A DNA stretch of 44,805 bases from the NCBI GenBank assembly GCA_046570105.1, contig JBKHVI010000018.1, positions 1-44,805 of the forward strand. The letters run 5' to 3'. The notes beneath the pieces were generated by a model. The model saw only the letters and a list, made by a program, of their open reading frames with translations, had not been told where the DNA came from and searched no databases. The DNA is from Bacteriovoracia bacterium (GTDB lineage: Bacteria; Bdellovibrionota; Bacteriovoracia; Bacteriovoracales; Bacteriovoracaceae). The number at the start of each line of letters is the position of its first letter. Position 1 is the stretch's first letter. The position numbers and the translations under genes are program-made. Below, in pieces: positions 1 to 8,294 of this stretch.

Positions 1-1
1 A

Positions 2-1381
2 ACTTCAGTTAAATTAAATATTAAAATCCGCAAAGGTAAGTTCATTACTTTTAACCGCCTAGTTATTGTAGGTAATAAAGTTACCAAGGGCTCAGTCATT
101 CGTAGGAAATCTCCATTTACTCGTGGTAAACCGATCACACCGAATCAAGTAAAGGATTTTGAAAATGTTCTGAGTTCACTCGGAATTTTTAGTAGTGTAA
201 AAGTCCGACCAATATTCCATAAAGGAACAACGGCGTTATCTGATGTTGTTGTTGAAGTAGCCGAACGTGATTATGGACTAATTGAAATTGCTCCAGGATA
301 TCGAACTGATATTGGTTTAAAGCTTTCTGGTACTATTTCTTGGCTTAATCTTTTTGGCGAAAATATTTCCTCATCACTTACAGGTCAAGTTAACCAGCGT
401 TTAGATAACCAAGCGTTTGACCAGCGCAGACGTGATGAAGACAAGAAGCTCCTTGAGTATAATATCAGCTCGCAATTTAACGTTCCTGATCTTGAGGAAA
501 CATCAATTGATTATGGACTTGCTCTAAGTTTTCAACGTCGTCGCTTCTTTTCTTTCGATGCAGATATCAGGCGTTTATCTAATACGATTAGTCGGGAGTT
601 GGGGCCTCGCTTCTCGGTTTCGCTACGACACCAATTTGAAAGTATTAACCAGTTCGATGCGACTGAGAAACGTGATAACGGAAGTTTTGAAATTGGTGCA
701 CTCACACCAAGTTTCACGGCGGACTTCCGTAATACTCGTATTAATCCTACAGCGGGTGCTTGGTTCAATATCTCAAATGAGTTTGCGAATCCTTATTTTC
801 TTTCTCAGAAACAAGATGATCTCACGATTAATTTTTACAAATTAATTTCACGTAATCGTTTTTATATTCCCATTCCAAGAGGCACCATTGCGATATCGAT
901 GGTGGGAGGAATTCAAGAGAACTTGGCTAAAGAACTTCAGCGCGATAGCGATGGACAGCCTATTGTGCAGGATGGCGTAAAGCTGACTGAAGGCTACATA
1001 CCCAACATTAAATTGTTCCGTTTGACGGGTACCGACATTGTGCGCGGCTATAGCGATGAGGAGATTAATCGCCTCACCAATGGAGAAGATATTGGCGAGG
1101 GCCGGGTGCAAAACAAGGCCTATATGGCCAATTTGAAGATCGAACCCCGCTATTTTATTAATGATAGTCTGATGGCCGGGGTCTTTTTTGACGCGGGCCG
1201 CATCTATGTCGATACGGTCGACATCGGCGAACTTCGTCAGTCTGTAGGTGTCACTTTTAAGGTCGTCACGCCGGTTGGTACTTTGGACTTTGATTACGGC
1301 ATCAAGCTCTTGAGAAAACGTGACCTCAATGGTAACCTCGAGGCCCCCGGACGCTTCCATGTGTCAATTGGCTTCTTCTAG
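2..1381 (+). CDS. Omp85/BamA/TamA-family outer membrane protein, 5'-truncated (last POTRA domain plus beta-barrel)
   Basis: The frame of ORF 599..1381 reads from base 2 (TSVKLNIKIRKGK..IVGNKVTKGSVIRR, POTRA-like). Barrel motifs VRGY, FFDAG, SVGV..TPVG.L.FDYG and a terminal aromatic residue (IGFF). Confidence 0.85.
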   Translation, partial: TSVKLNIKIRKGKFITFNRLVIVGNKVTKGSVIRRKSPFTRGKPITPNQVKDFENVLSSLGIFSSVKVRPIFHKGTTALSDVVVEVAERDYGLIEIAPGYRTDIGLKLSGTISWLNLFGENISSSLTGQVNQRLDNQAFDQRRRDEDKKLLEYNISSQFNVPDLEETSIDYGLALSFQRRRFFSFDADIRRLSNTISRELGPRFSVSLRHQFESINQFDATEKRDNGSFEIGALTPSFTADFRNTRINPTAGAWFNISNEFANPYFLSQKQDDLTINFYKLISRNRFYIPIPRGTIAISMVGGIQENLAKELQRDSDGQPIVQDGVKLTEGYIPNIKLFRLTGTDIVRGYSDEEINRLTNGEDIGEGRVQNKAYMANLKIEPRYFINDSLMAGVFFDAGRIYVDTVDIGELRQSVGVTFKVVTPVGTLDFDYGIKLLRKRDLNGNLEAPGRFHVSIGFF

Positions 1382-1526
1382 TCCCCCTTAAACCTAGAAG
1401 ATTCTCAAGTGAAGAATGCTGAAAACCCTTAGAAGTTTTGGCCTCTACTTCAGCATCATGAGCTGCGACGGTAACCGGGGTTGCTAGTAAAAATTTTTGT
1501 TTATTGTTTTTTATGAGGTGTTTTTT

Positions 1527-1973
1527 ATGATTACGCAAAAGTCGTTCGCTCTTAAAGAAGCGGACATGTTGAACAAAAAATGGTGGGTCGTCGACGCCAC
1601 AGACCTGGTGGTGGGACGCCTGGCTTCTGAAGTTGCGAAAGTTCTTCGCGGCAAAAACAAAGCTACTTTCTGCACAAACAATGATGCAGGCGATTTCGTT
1701 ATCGTGATCAACGCTGAAAAAGTGAAGTTCACTGGTAAGAAGTGGGACGAGAAAGAGTACAACTGGCACACAAACCACATTGGTGGAATTAAGCGCCGTA
1801 CTGCTAAAGAGCAACTTGCTAAGCACCCAGAGTTGATCGTGTATGAAGCCGTTAAGGGCATGCTTCCTAAAAATACTTTAGGTCGTAAGCAATTAACTAA
1901 GTTGAAAGTGGTTGTAGGCGCTACACACACTCACGATGCACAGAAACCCGAAGCCTTGACGCTGAAATTCTAA
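1527..1973 (+). CDS. rplM: 50S ribosomal protein L13
   Basis: [40 protein letters not shown] at 1527 follows GAGGTG. Confidence 0.98.
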   Translation: MITQKSFALKEADMLNKKWWVVDATDLVVGRLASEVAKVLRGKNKATFCTNNDAGDFVIVINAEKVKFTGKKWDEKEYNWHTNHIGGIKRRTAKEQLAKHPELIVYEAVKGMLPKNTLGRKQLTKLKVVVGATHTHDAQKPEALTLKF

Positions 1974-1983
1974 GGAACAGACC

Positions 1984-2385
1984 ATGAGCAAAGTAAAAGC
2001 ATACGATGTCCACACTCTAGGCCGCCGCAAAACTTCTGTGGCCCGTGTATATGTTTCTCGTGGAAACGGGAAAATCCTCATTAACCAACGCGAGCTTACT
2101 GACTATTTTCCAGTCGGTACTAGCCGCATTATCGTGAACCAACCTCTTCAGCTTTTGAAGATGGACTCAAGCTATGACTTCCACATCAACGTCAAAGGCG
2201 GTGGTGTTACAGGTCAAGCGGGTGCTATCCGTTTGGGTATCGCTCGTGCTCTTTTGAAACTCGCTCCAAACTCACGTGGCGAACTCAAGAAAGCTGGCTT
2301 CCTTACTCGCGACTCACGTAAAGTTGAGCGTAAGAAGTACGGTCTACGTGGTGCACGTCGTTCTTGTCAGTTCTCTAAGCGTTAA
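1984..2385 (+). CDS. rpsI: 30S ribosomal protein S9
   Basis: [46 protein letters not shown]; follows rplM. Confidence 0.98.
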   Translation: MSKVKAYDVHTLGRRKTSVARVYVSRGNGKILINQRELTDYFPVGTSRIIVNQPLQLLKMDSSYDFHINVKGGGVTGQAGAIRLGIARALLKLAPNSRGELKKAGFLTRDSRKVERKKYGLRGARRSCQFSKR

Positions 2386-2404
2386 TCTTAGCGACATTCG
2401 CATT

Positions 2405-2437
2405 AAAGAAAGGGACTCTTCGGAGTCCCTTTTCTTT
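2405..2437 (+). terminator. Rho-independent terminator of rplM-rpsI
   Basis: AAAGGGACTC-TTCG-GAGTCCCTTT hairpin followed by a T-rich tract. Confidence 0.9.
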
Positions 2438-2501
2438 ATCATTCCTCCAACAAATTCTTTTCCCTCTTCGCCTAGAGCGCTCAAAAGACTATGCTGTCCC
2501 C

Positions 2502-5129
2502 ATGAAGGAACAAGATCATATTCGAATTCGTGGTGCACGAGTTCATAATCTTAAGAACGTGGATCTCGATATCCCGCTGAAGAAGATGATTTGTTTTGCA
2601 GGGCCTTCAGGCTCCGGAAAAACATCCTTGGCCTTTCATACACTCTTGAGTGAATCCAAGCGTCGTTTTGTGAATTCGTTTCCCAATTCCATGAAGTTCT
2701 TCGCCGACAGGCCTAGTGCTGTCGATGTGGATGAGATTTTTCCCGTGTTACCAGTTTTTGGATTGCCTCAAATTAACCCGGTTATGGGTTCGAGATCCGT
2801 CGTAGCTGACATCATGCGACTGACAGAAACGCTGCAGGGACTCTATTTTCATTACGCTAAAGAGTACTGTCCTGAGCATGATGAGGAAGTGAAACCGGTT
2901 TCTTTTTCTGCGCAACTTTCGACTGCGATCAATGGAAAGTTAGAGCAAGTATGGCATGTCGTGATTCCTAATGATCTGGGACAAGCCATTTTAGGACTGG
3001 AATTTGCTCCGCCGCGCTCATGGAGCAGTGAAAGAAAAACCATCAGTTCATTTGAGCCACAGGATGATTACTGGGAAATTCTACGATTCAAGGGATCAAC
3101 ACTATCTTCAATCGATCATAAGAACGCCGATGTGATTAAGAAGATTGAGGGACGTCCTCTGTTTTTATGGACTGAAGGTCAAAAGAAGCTAGTTCCATTT
3201 AAATACGTATCGCAAAAAAAATGCTCCAAGTGTGACTATGCTGGGAAGGCGGGTTTAGGAGTCAGTGCTTTTACTCCCCATTCAGCATTAGGAGCCTGTA
3301 AGTCGTGTAATGGCTATGGGGCCAATCTTATTTACGACGAAAAGAAGATGATCGATCGAGAACTTTCTCTCGATGAGAACGGAGTGGCTTTTCTTAAGTT
3401 TGGACCACTTGATTGGTGGATGAAAGAACTTCGTAAGGTCATGAAAAAGAAAAAATGGGCGACGAATGTACCTTTAAAAAAACTTCCGAAAGAGTTTTTT
3501 CGATGTTTGGAAGAAGGCGATGGCGATTGGGAAGGGTTTGGTGGGGTAAAAAAATACCTCGAATCAAAACGCTATAAGCCTGCTGTGCGTGTGTTCATGC
3601 GCAAGATGCAACGGGAAGAAACCTGCCCTGTATGTCTGGGTTCACGACTGGATGAAACGGTTCAGAATTTTAAATTTAAGCTTTCAAATAAAAAGTTTGC
3701 ACTCGGTGAATTCGCCGGCATGACGATTGAGGAGTTTAATAAGATTGTCGACAAGACTCCAGCGAATGAAAAGAGTCATGTTTCTGATCTTATTAAAGAT
3801 TTGAAACATAAAACAGACCTGGCGACATCGATGGGTCTTGGTCATCTGTATATCGGTCGTAAATCACGCTCACTCTCTGCGGGAGAATATCAACGCTTAC
3901 TTTTATTAAAGTATTTATCTTTTCAAGGCACGGATGCACTTTTTGTTTTGGATGAACCAAGCCTTGGTCTCGGAATTGAAGAACAAACGAAACTCATTCA
4001 AGGACTTCGAGAAGTCATTAAACAGGGCAACACAGTAATTGTAATTGATCACTCTGAAACGATGCTTCGTGCGAGCGATCATATTATTATGATGGGCCCT
4101 GAGTCCGGCAATCGTGGTGGAGAAATTCTTTATCAAGGACTTACTAAAAATTGGAAATTTCAAAAACCGGATGAGCTAGTTTTTGCTAAGCGAGAAACTC
4201 CAAAAACTAGAGAATTAATTGAAGTAGTAGGCGCGCAGACTTATGGAAAGAATTGGGGAGACTTTAACCTACCCTTGGGTCAAGTCATTTGGGCCCACGG
4301 CTCATCAGGAATGGGTAAGAGTTCGTGTTTAGTGAAAGTACTCGCTCAACATGTCTATCGCGGAATGTATAAAGAGAATCTTATCGATGAGCCAGGAACA
4401 TTTGATTCAATCAAAGGGCACAAGGGTCTCCAGGATGTGATTGTGGTTGATGCGAATTTGAATCGCTATACATCTCGTTCCTCAGTGGGAAGTCTAACGG
4501 AATTAGCTCCAGCCGTGAGAAAACATTTTCTCAAGCTTCCTGTGGCAAAGGCCATGGGTCTTAAAGACGGCCATCTATCTCCCAATTCTGAATTGGGAAT
4601 GTGTGGCCGTTGCGAAGGAAAAGGTCATCTTGTTATTGAGATGCAATATCTCGAAGACATTGTGCTTCCTTGTGAAGACTGCAAAGGAAAGCGCATCAAG
4701 CCTCTCTATGCAGAAATCAGTGATGGTTATATGTCAGTCGCTGATGCTTTTAATAAACCGCTGGGTGAAGTATTAACGAGAATTGATCTGACTCCGAAGT
4801 TTAAAAGAACTTGGGAGTACATGAAGATTCTCAATTTAGATTATCTTTCACTTGATCGCCCTCTCAATACTTTATCGGGTGGAGAGAAACAGCGACTCTA
4901 TCTTCTTTCAAAACTGTTACGTGATATCGAAGAGTCGTTAATTATTTTCGAGAATCTATCTTTTGGCCTTTCCGCTAGAGAGATCGTGAGAGTTGGAAAT
5001 TTTCTTCGAGATCTATCTCAGAAAAATAACACGTTAGTGGTGATTGATTCTGAGCCTCTTTTTGCAAGAATCGCTCATTCGGAGATGCTTTTCACGGGCA
5101 GCAAAATCACCACTAAACGTCTCTCGTAA
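2502..5129 (+). CDS. UvrA-like (excinuclease ABC subunit A family) ATPase, divergent
   Basis: IRIRGARVHNLKNVDLDIP, GPSGSGKTSLAF, CxxC zinc modules, LSAGEYQR, LDEPSLGL, second Walker A GSSGMGKSS, LSGGEKQR. Confidence 0.88.
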   Translation: MKEQDHIRIRGARVHNLKNVDLDIPLKKMICFAGPSGSGKTSLAFHTLLSESKRRFVNSFPNSMKFFADRPSAVDVDEIFPVLPVFGLPQINPVMGSRSVVADIMRLTETLQGLYFHYAKEYCPEHDEEVKPVSFSAQLSTAINGKLEQVWHVVIPNDLGQAILGLEFAPPRSWSSERKTISSFEPQDDYWEILRFKGSTLSSIDHKNADVIKKIEGRPLFLWTEGQKKLVPFKYVSQKKCSKCDYAGKAGLGVSAFTPHSALGACKSCNGYGANLIYDEKKMIDRELSLDENGVAFLKFGPLDWWMKELRKVMKKKKWATNVPLKKLPKEFFRCLEEGDGDWEGFGGVKKYLESKRYKPAVRVFMRKMQREETCPVCLGSRLDETVQNFKFKLSNKKFALGEFAGMTIEEFNKIVDKTPANEKSHVSDLIKDLKHKTDLATSMGLGHLYIGRKSRSLSAGEYQRLLLLKYLSFQGTDALFVLDEPSLGLGIEEQTKLIQGLREVIKQGNTVIVIDHSETMLRASDHIIMMGPESGNRGGEILYQGLTKNWKFQKPDELVFAKRETPKTRELIEVVGAQTYGKNWGDFNLPLGQVIWAHGSSGMGKSSCLVKVLAQHVYRGMYKENLIDEPGTFDSIKGHKGLQDVIVVDANLNRYTSRSSVGSLTELAPAVRKHFLKLPVAKAMGLKDGHLSPNSELGMCGRCEGKGHLVIEMQYLEDIVLPCEDCKGKRIKPLYAEISDGYMSVADAFNKPLGEVLTRIDLTPKFKRTWEYMKILNLDYLSLDRPLNTLSGGEKQRLYLLSKLLRDIEESLIIFENLSFGLSAREIVRVGNFLRDLSQKNNTLVVIDSEPLFARIAHSEMLFTGSKITTKRLS

Positions 5130-5138
5130 GTAAAAAGC

Positions 5139-5166
5139 TCAAGTTTTTCCCCGAGTAAGCCGATCA
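5139..5166 (+). promoter_or_regulatory. sigma28 (FliA)-like promoter
   Basis: TCAA-N16-GCCGATCA compared with consensus TAAA-N15/16-GCCGATAA; ends 7 nt before the ATG at 5174. Confidence 0.6.
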
Positions 5167-5173
5167 GGCTTAC

Positions 5174-5905
5174 ATGAAGAGATTTGCTACATTAGTGCTC
5201 ACTAACTTACTTGTAATTACAAGTGCTTGGGCTACAACTTTTCAACCTGTTCCATTGGATAAATTGATCGCTCCGGCCGATGCCATCATGCTGGGAGACT
5301 TTCTCCAAAGTAAGTCCGTAGAGCTCGAAGATGGAATGATAGTCACTGAAGCACGTTTTAAAATTGATAAAGAGATTGGGCTAGATGCAGAGGATTTTGG
5401 ACTAACTGAAGTAAAAGTCTACTACCCAGGTGGAAAACTCAAAGAGCGCTCAAGCTTTATTGAAGGAACGCCTAGCTTTGTTCCTGGTGAGAAGAACGTT
5501 CTCCTACTGACTCAAGGACAAGATGGTCGTCTTTGGGTGCAAGGCCTTGCGATGGGGACATTTAAAGTTGTTCGCATAGGGAAACAAACTGTACTGATCA
5601 ATCCTGTGTTTCCCTCCCATCCTGAATTGTCGCGAATTGAAATGTCGAAATTCATGCGTAAGGTATCGAGTATTAAAGAGAAACCGCTCAAAGAGATTTA
5701 CTCGGATAAATACATTCGTGAAAACGAAAAAGACCGCACTCGTACAGTAGCAACTGAAGAGGGCAATTCCCGCTCAATTGCTTCGAACTCTGATAAACGG
5801 GAAAATACCAAGGAACCTAATCTGATGAACAGCTTTTGGCTGCTCATGATTTTAGGATTTTTAGGTGCGTTTGCCGGATGGTGGAGACGCGGAAAAACGA
5901 GGTAA
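5174..5905 (+). CDS. Secreted, membrane-anchored hypothetical protein
   Basis: Signal peptide MKRF..SAWA; C-terminal hydrophobic helix followed by WWRRGKTR. Confidence 0.8.
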   Translation: MKRFATLVLTNLLVITSAWATTFQPVPLDKLIAPADAIMLGDFLQSKSVELEDGMIVTEARFKIDKEIGLDAEDFGLTEVKVYYPGGKLKERSSFIEGTPSFVPGEKNVLLLTQGQDGRLWVQGLAMGTFKVVRIGKQTVLINPVFPSHPELSRIEMSKFMRKVSSIKEKPLKEIYSDKYIRENEKDRTRTVATEEGNSRSIASNSDKRENTKEPNLMNSFWLLMILGFLGAFAGWWRRGKTR

Positions 5906-5908
5906 ACC

Positions 5909-7702
5909 ATAGCGGTTTTCCAAAAGAGATATTGGCTAATTTTGGGGCTGACATTTATGTCGGCCGCTTTTGCATATAATCAATCTGAATCCACTCAACG
6001 TGTTCCGATTCGATGGCAATCTCCACAAGTCAGCTTAGTTTTAAGTCACAATTCGACAGATGTTTCTGCTAATCAAAGTGCCGTGATTATGGCGGATGTG
6101 ATCAATCAATGGAATTCACTTGTCCCATTCTCGTTGCAACAAACTTCCTATGGCCGAAACACCGTTTCGTATTCTAACGATCCTCGATTTTTTGGTCCAG
6201 GAGTGGTGGCGGTGACTGTTCTCTCATATGATCCAGCAGTGGGAAGAGTTGTTGATGGTCAGATTTATGTCAACCAAACTGAATCACGAGGCTTTTGTCT
6301 TACTGCTGACCAAGCGGCAAACAATTGCACTACACCAGGCGCAGGATTTTTATCACGGGTGTATTTAGGAGATGTGCTCGCCCACGAACTTGGGCACTTA
6401 ATGGGCTTAGGCCATTCCGAAGTTCGTGATAGCACCATGGTCTTTACAAGTTTTAAGGGTCAATCTTCCCCTCACACCGATGATGTTGCTGGTGTTCGTA
6501 GCATTTATAATTCTGTTAATTCAGGAACTCTAGCCGGCCGTGTCCTCGGAGGAAATAATATTCCAGTCTTTGGGGCCCACGTACAGGCCATCAGTAATTT
6601 GCGTGGAACAGTTGCTGCGGCGGCATTTTCTCAAGAAGATGGAAGTTTTGAAATTCTAGGTCTTGATTTAAATGACACATATTACATTTATGTTGAACCA
6701 CTGCGAAGACTTGAATCTCTGTCCGATGCTTATCGAAGTGCCAAGACAGAATTTTGTCCAGCTGCTTACGTCGGAAGTTTTTTTGAAAAGTGTGGAACAT
6801 CAGGTAAGGGTCATCCTCAACCACTTTCATTAACGACATCTCGAACAAGTATTAATGTGGGAGTAGTTAGCATCCGATGCCAATTGAGAGTGGGTGAAAA
6901 TTATTTAAAAGAAAAAATTGAAACCAATGGTGGGCAATACGATTTTATCGCCTCAACTCAAAAACCTGGTCAAGCCTTTGTAGGACTTTATTCAGCGGCT
7001 GAGCCACTTAGCACATTTGATTATTCGGATATTTTTGCTGACACAATTGAATTGGACTATACCTCAATGGCCGTCCCAGCAGGTTCTGTTTCACTCGAAC
7101 TTAAATTTATCACAACAGCACTTGGTTCACCTTTAGATGCATCTATAGAAGTGAATGGTCCGTTCGGTATTCTTACTGACAGTGATCGTCCGCAGGTAGG
7201 GGGAATGCCAGTATTGGCTTTTGAATCAGGAACTTTGAAGGCGATTTATAATCGTAAAATCACTTACCCATTGTCAGGAAGTGCCGCTCTTAATCGTCTT
7301 ACCGTTAAAGTAAAGCCACGCGCACTCTCAACCAGTGAACAAATCTCACATATGGTTTTTCCAGATGTTTTCTCTCTCACCGATCGTCCGTGGCTGATGT
7401 TGGTTAATGTATTAAGAAATGGGCAAATTTATTATCAGAATCAAGAATCTGTCTTAAGCGACAATTCAACATGTATGGATGCACCTTATACCTTTGCGGT
7501 GCGTCCGAATCCAGTCTCGGCCTCAGCTTTGGCCGGCCTAGCGGATGAATCAGCAAGTTCAACAACTGCGGGAGCTGCACCGGCCTGTGGAACATGGGAA
7601 CCTCCATCAAATGGGCCAGGAGCTGGACCAGGTGCAATGTTGATGACGATCTCCCTTGGTTTCTTAGTCACTCTTCTCAAGAGACGACGCTCAAATTCAT
7701 AA
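5909..7702 (+). CDS. Matrixin-family (metzincin) zinc metalloprotease with a beta-sandwich region and C-terminal anchor; start uncertain (ATA 5909 or TTG 5942)
   Basis: HELGHLMGLGH zinc motif, Met-turn STM, DDVAG, then GRV..PVFGAHV..DGSFEILGL; C-terminal TM plus KRRR. Confidence 0.88.
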   Translation: MAVFQKRYWLILGLTFMSAAFAYNQSESTQRVPIRWQSPQVSLVLSHNSTDVSANQSAVIMADVINQWNSLVPFSLQQTSYGRNTVSYSNDPRFFGPGVVAVTVLSYDPAVGRVVDGQIYVNQTESRGFCLTADQAANNCTTPGAGFLSRVYLGDVLAHELGHLMGLGHSEVRDSTMVFTSFKGQSSPHTDDVAGVRSIYNSVNSGTLAGRVLGGNNIPVFGAHVQAISNLRGTVAAAAFSQEDGSFEILGLDLNDTYYIYVEPLRRLESLSDAYRSAKTEFCPAAYVGSFFEKCGTSGKGHPQPLSLTTSRTSINVGVVSIRCQLRVGENYLKEKIETNGGQYDFIASTQKPGQAFVGLYSAAEPLSTFDYSDIFADTIELDYTSMAVPAGSVSLELKFITTALGSPLDASIEVNGPFGILTDSDRPQVGGMPVLAFESGTLKAIYNRKITYPLSGSAALNRLTVKVKPRALSTSEQISHMVFPDVFSLTDRPWLMLVNVLRNGQIYYQNQESVLSDNSTCMDAPYTFAVRPNPVSASALAGLADESASSTTAGAAPACGTWEPPSNGPGAGPGAMLMTISLGFLVTLLKRRRSNS

Positions 7703-7762
7703 GAAGGTTTTGTCTTCATCTGTTGTGTTTTGTAGAATTTACAGCACAAGGATGGTGTCTCA

Positions 7763-8227
7763 ATGAAATACCTGTGGATTTTACTCGGATTAGTTTCTTT
7801 CTCTGTTTTCGCTCAAAACTTGAATGAAGAAAGAATTTGGAAACTCGTCTCTCGCAAGAAAGCCATTTATCTCAGTCATGGTGTGTTTCATATCAACCAA
7901 GGTGGAAATGCTGCGATCGAAACAATTCGCAGTTCGTATGTTGCTGATCGTGGCTACGAAAGAGTAGTTATCGATTTGGGCTCAACAGTTCCACGCCTGT
8001 ATGGACACATTAGCGAAGGTGAGAAAAAGATCTCTGTAGATTTTTTTAGTACCAGTGTCAGTCCACAACTGAAATCTTTGCAAAATTCGAAATATGTTAA
8101 GTCGGTTGATTTTTTGGCGGTTGAAAAAAACCAAGTCACCATGGAAATGAATCTCAAAAGCAAAGTTAACTTTGATGTCTTTTACTTAGAGAATCCAGCC
8201 AGGCTTGTTATTGACATCCGTCCATAA
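7763..8227 (+). CDS. Periplasmic AMIN-domain-like protein
   Basis: Signal peptide; YERVVIDL and FYLENPARLVIDI motifs typical of AMIN domains. Confidence 0.65.
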   Translation: MKYLWILLGLVSFSVFAQNLNEERIWKLVSRKKAIYLSHGVFHINQGGNAAIETIRSSYVADRGYERVVIDLGSTVPRLYGHISEGEKKISVDFFSTSVSPQLKSLQNSKYVKSVDFLAVEKNQVTMEMNLKSKVNFDVFYLENPARLVIDIRP

Positions 8228-8237
8228 GTGCCCATTT
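8211..8237 (+). promoter_or_regulatory. Possible sigma32-like promoter of lon
   Basis: TTGACA-N13-GCCCATTT resembles TTGAAA-N13/14-CCCCATNT; lon is a classic heat-shock gene. Confidence 0.4.
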
Positions 8238-8294
8238 TGTAACTAGAACCTAAAACCCCCCAGTCCTCGTGCCTTTCGACGAGGGGAGATCTCC

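Noticed and set aside
848..1930. Antisense ORFs 848..1360, 1326..1826 and 1511..1930
   Set aside because: Shadows of the Omp85 gene and rplM.
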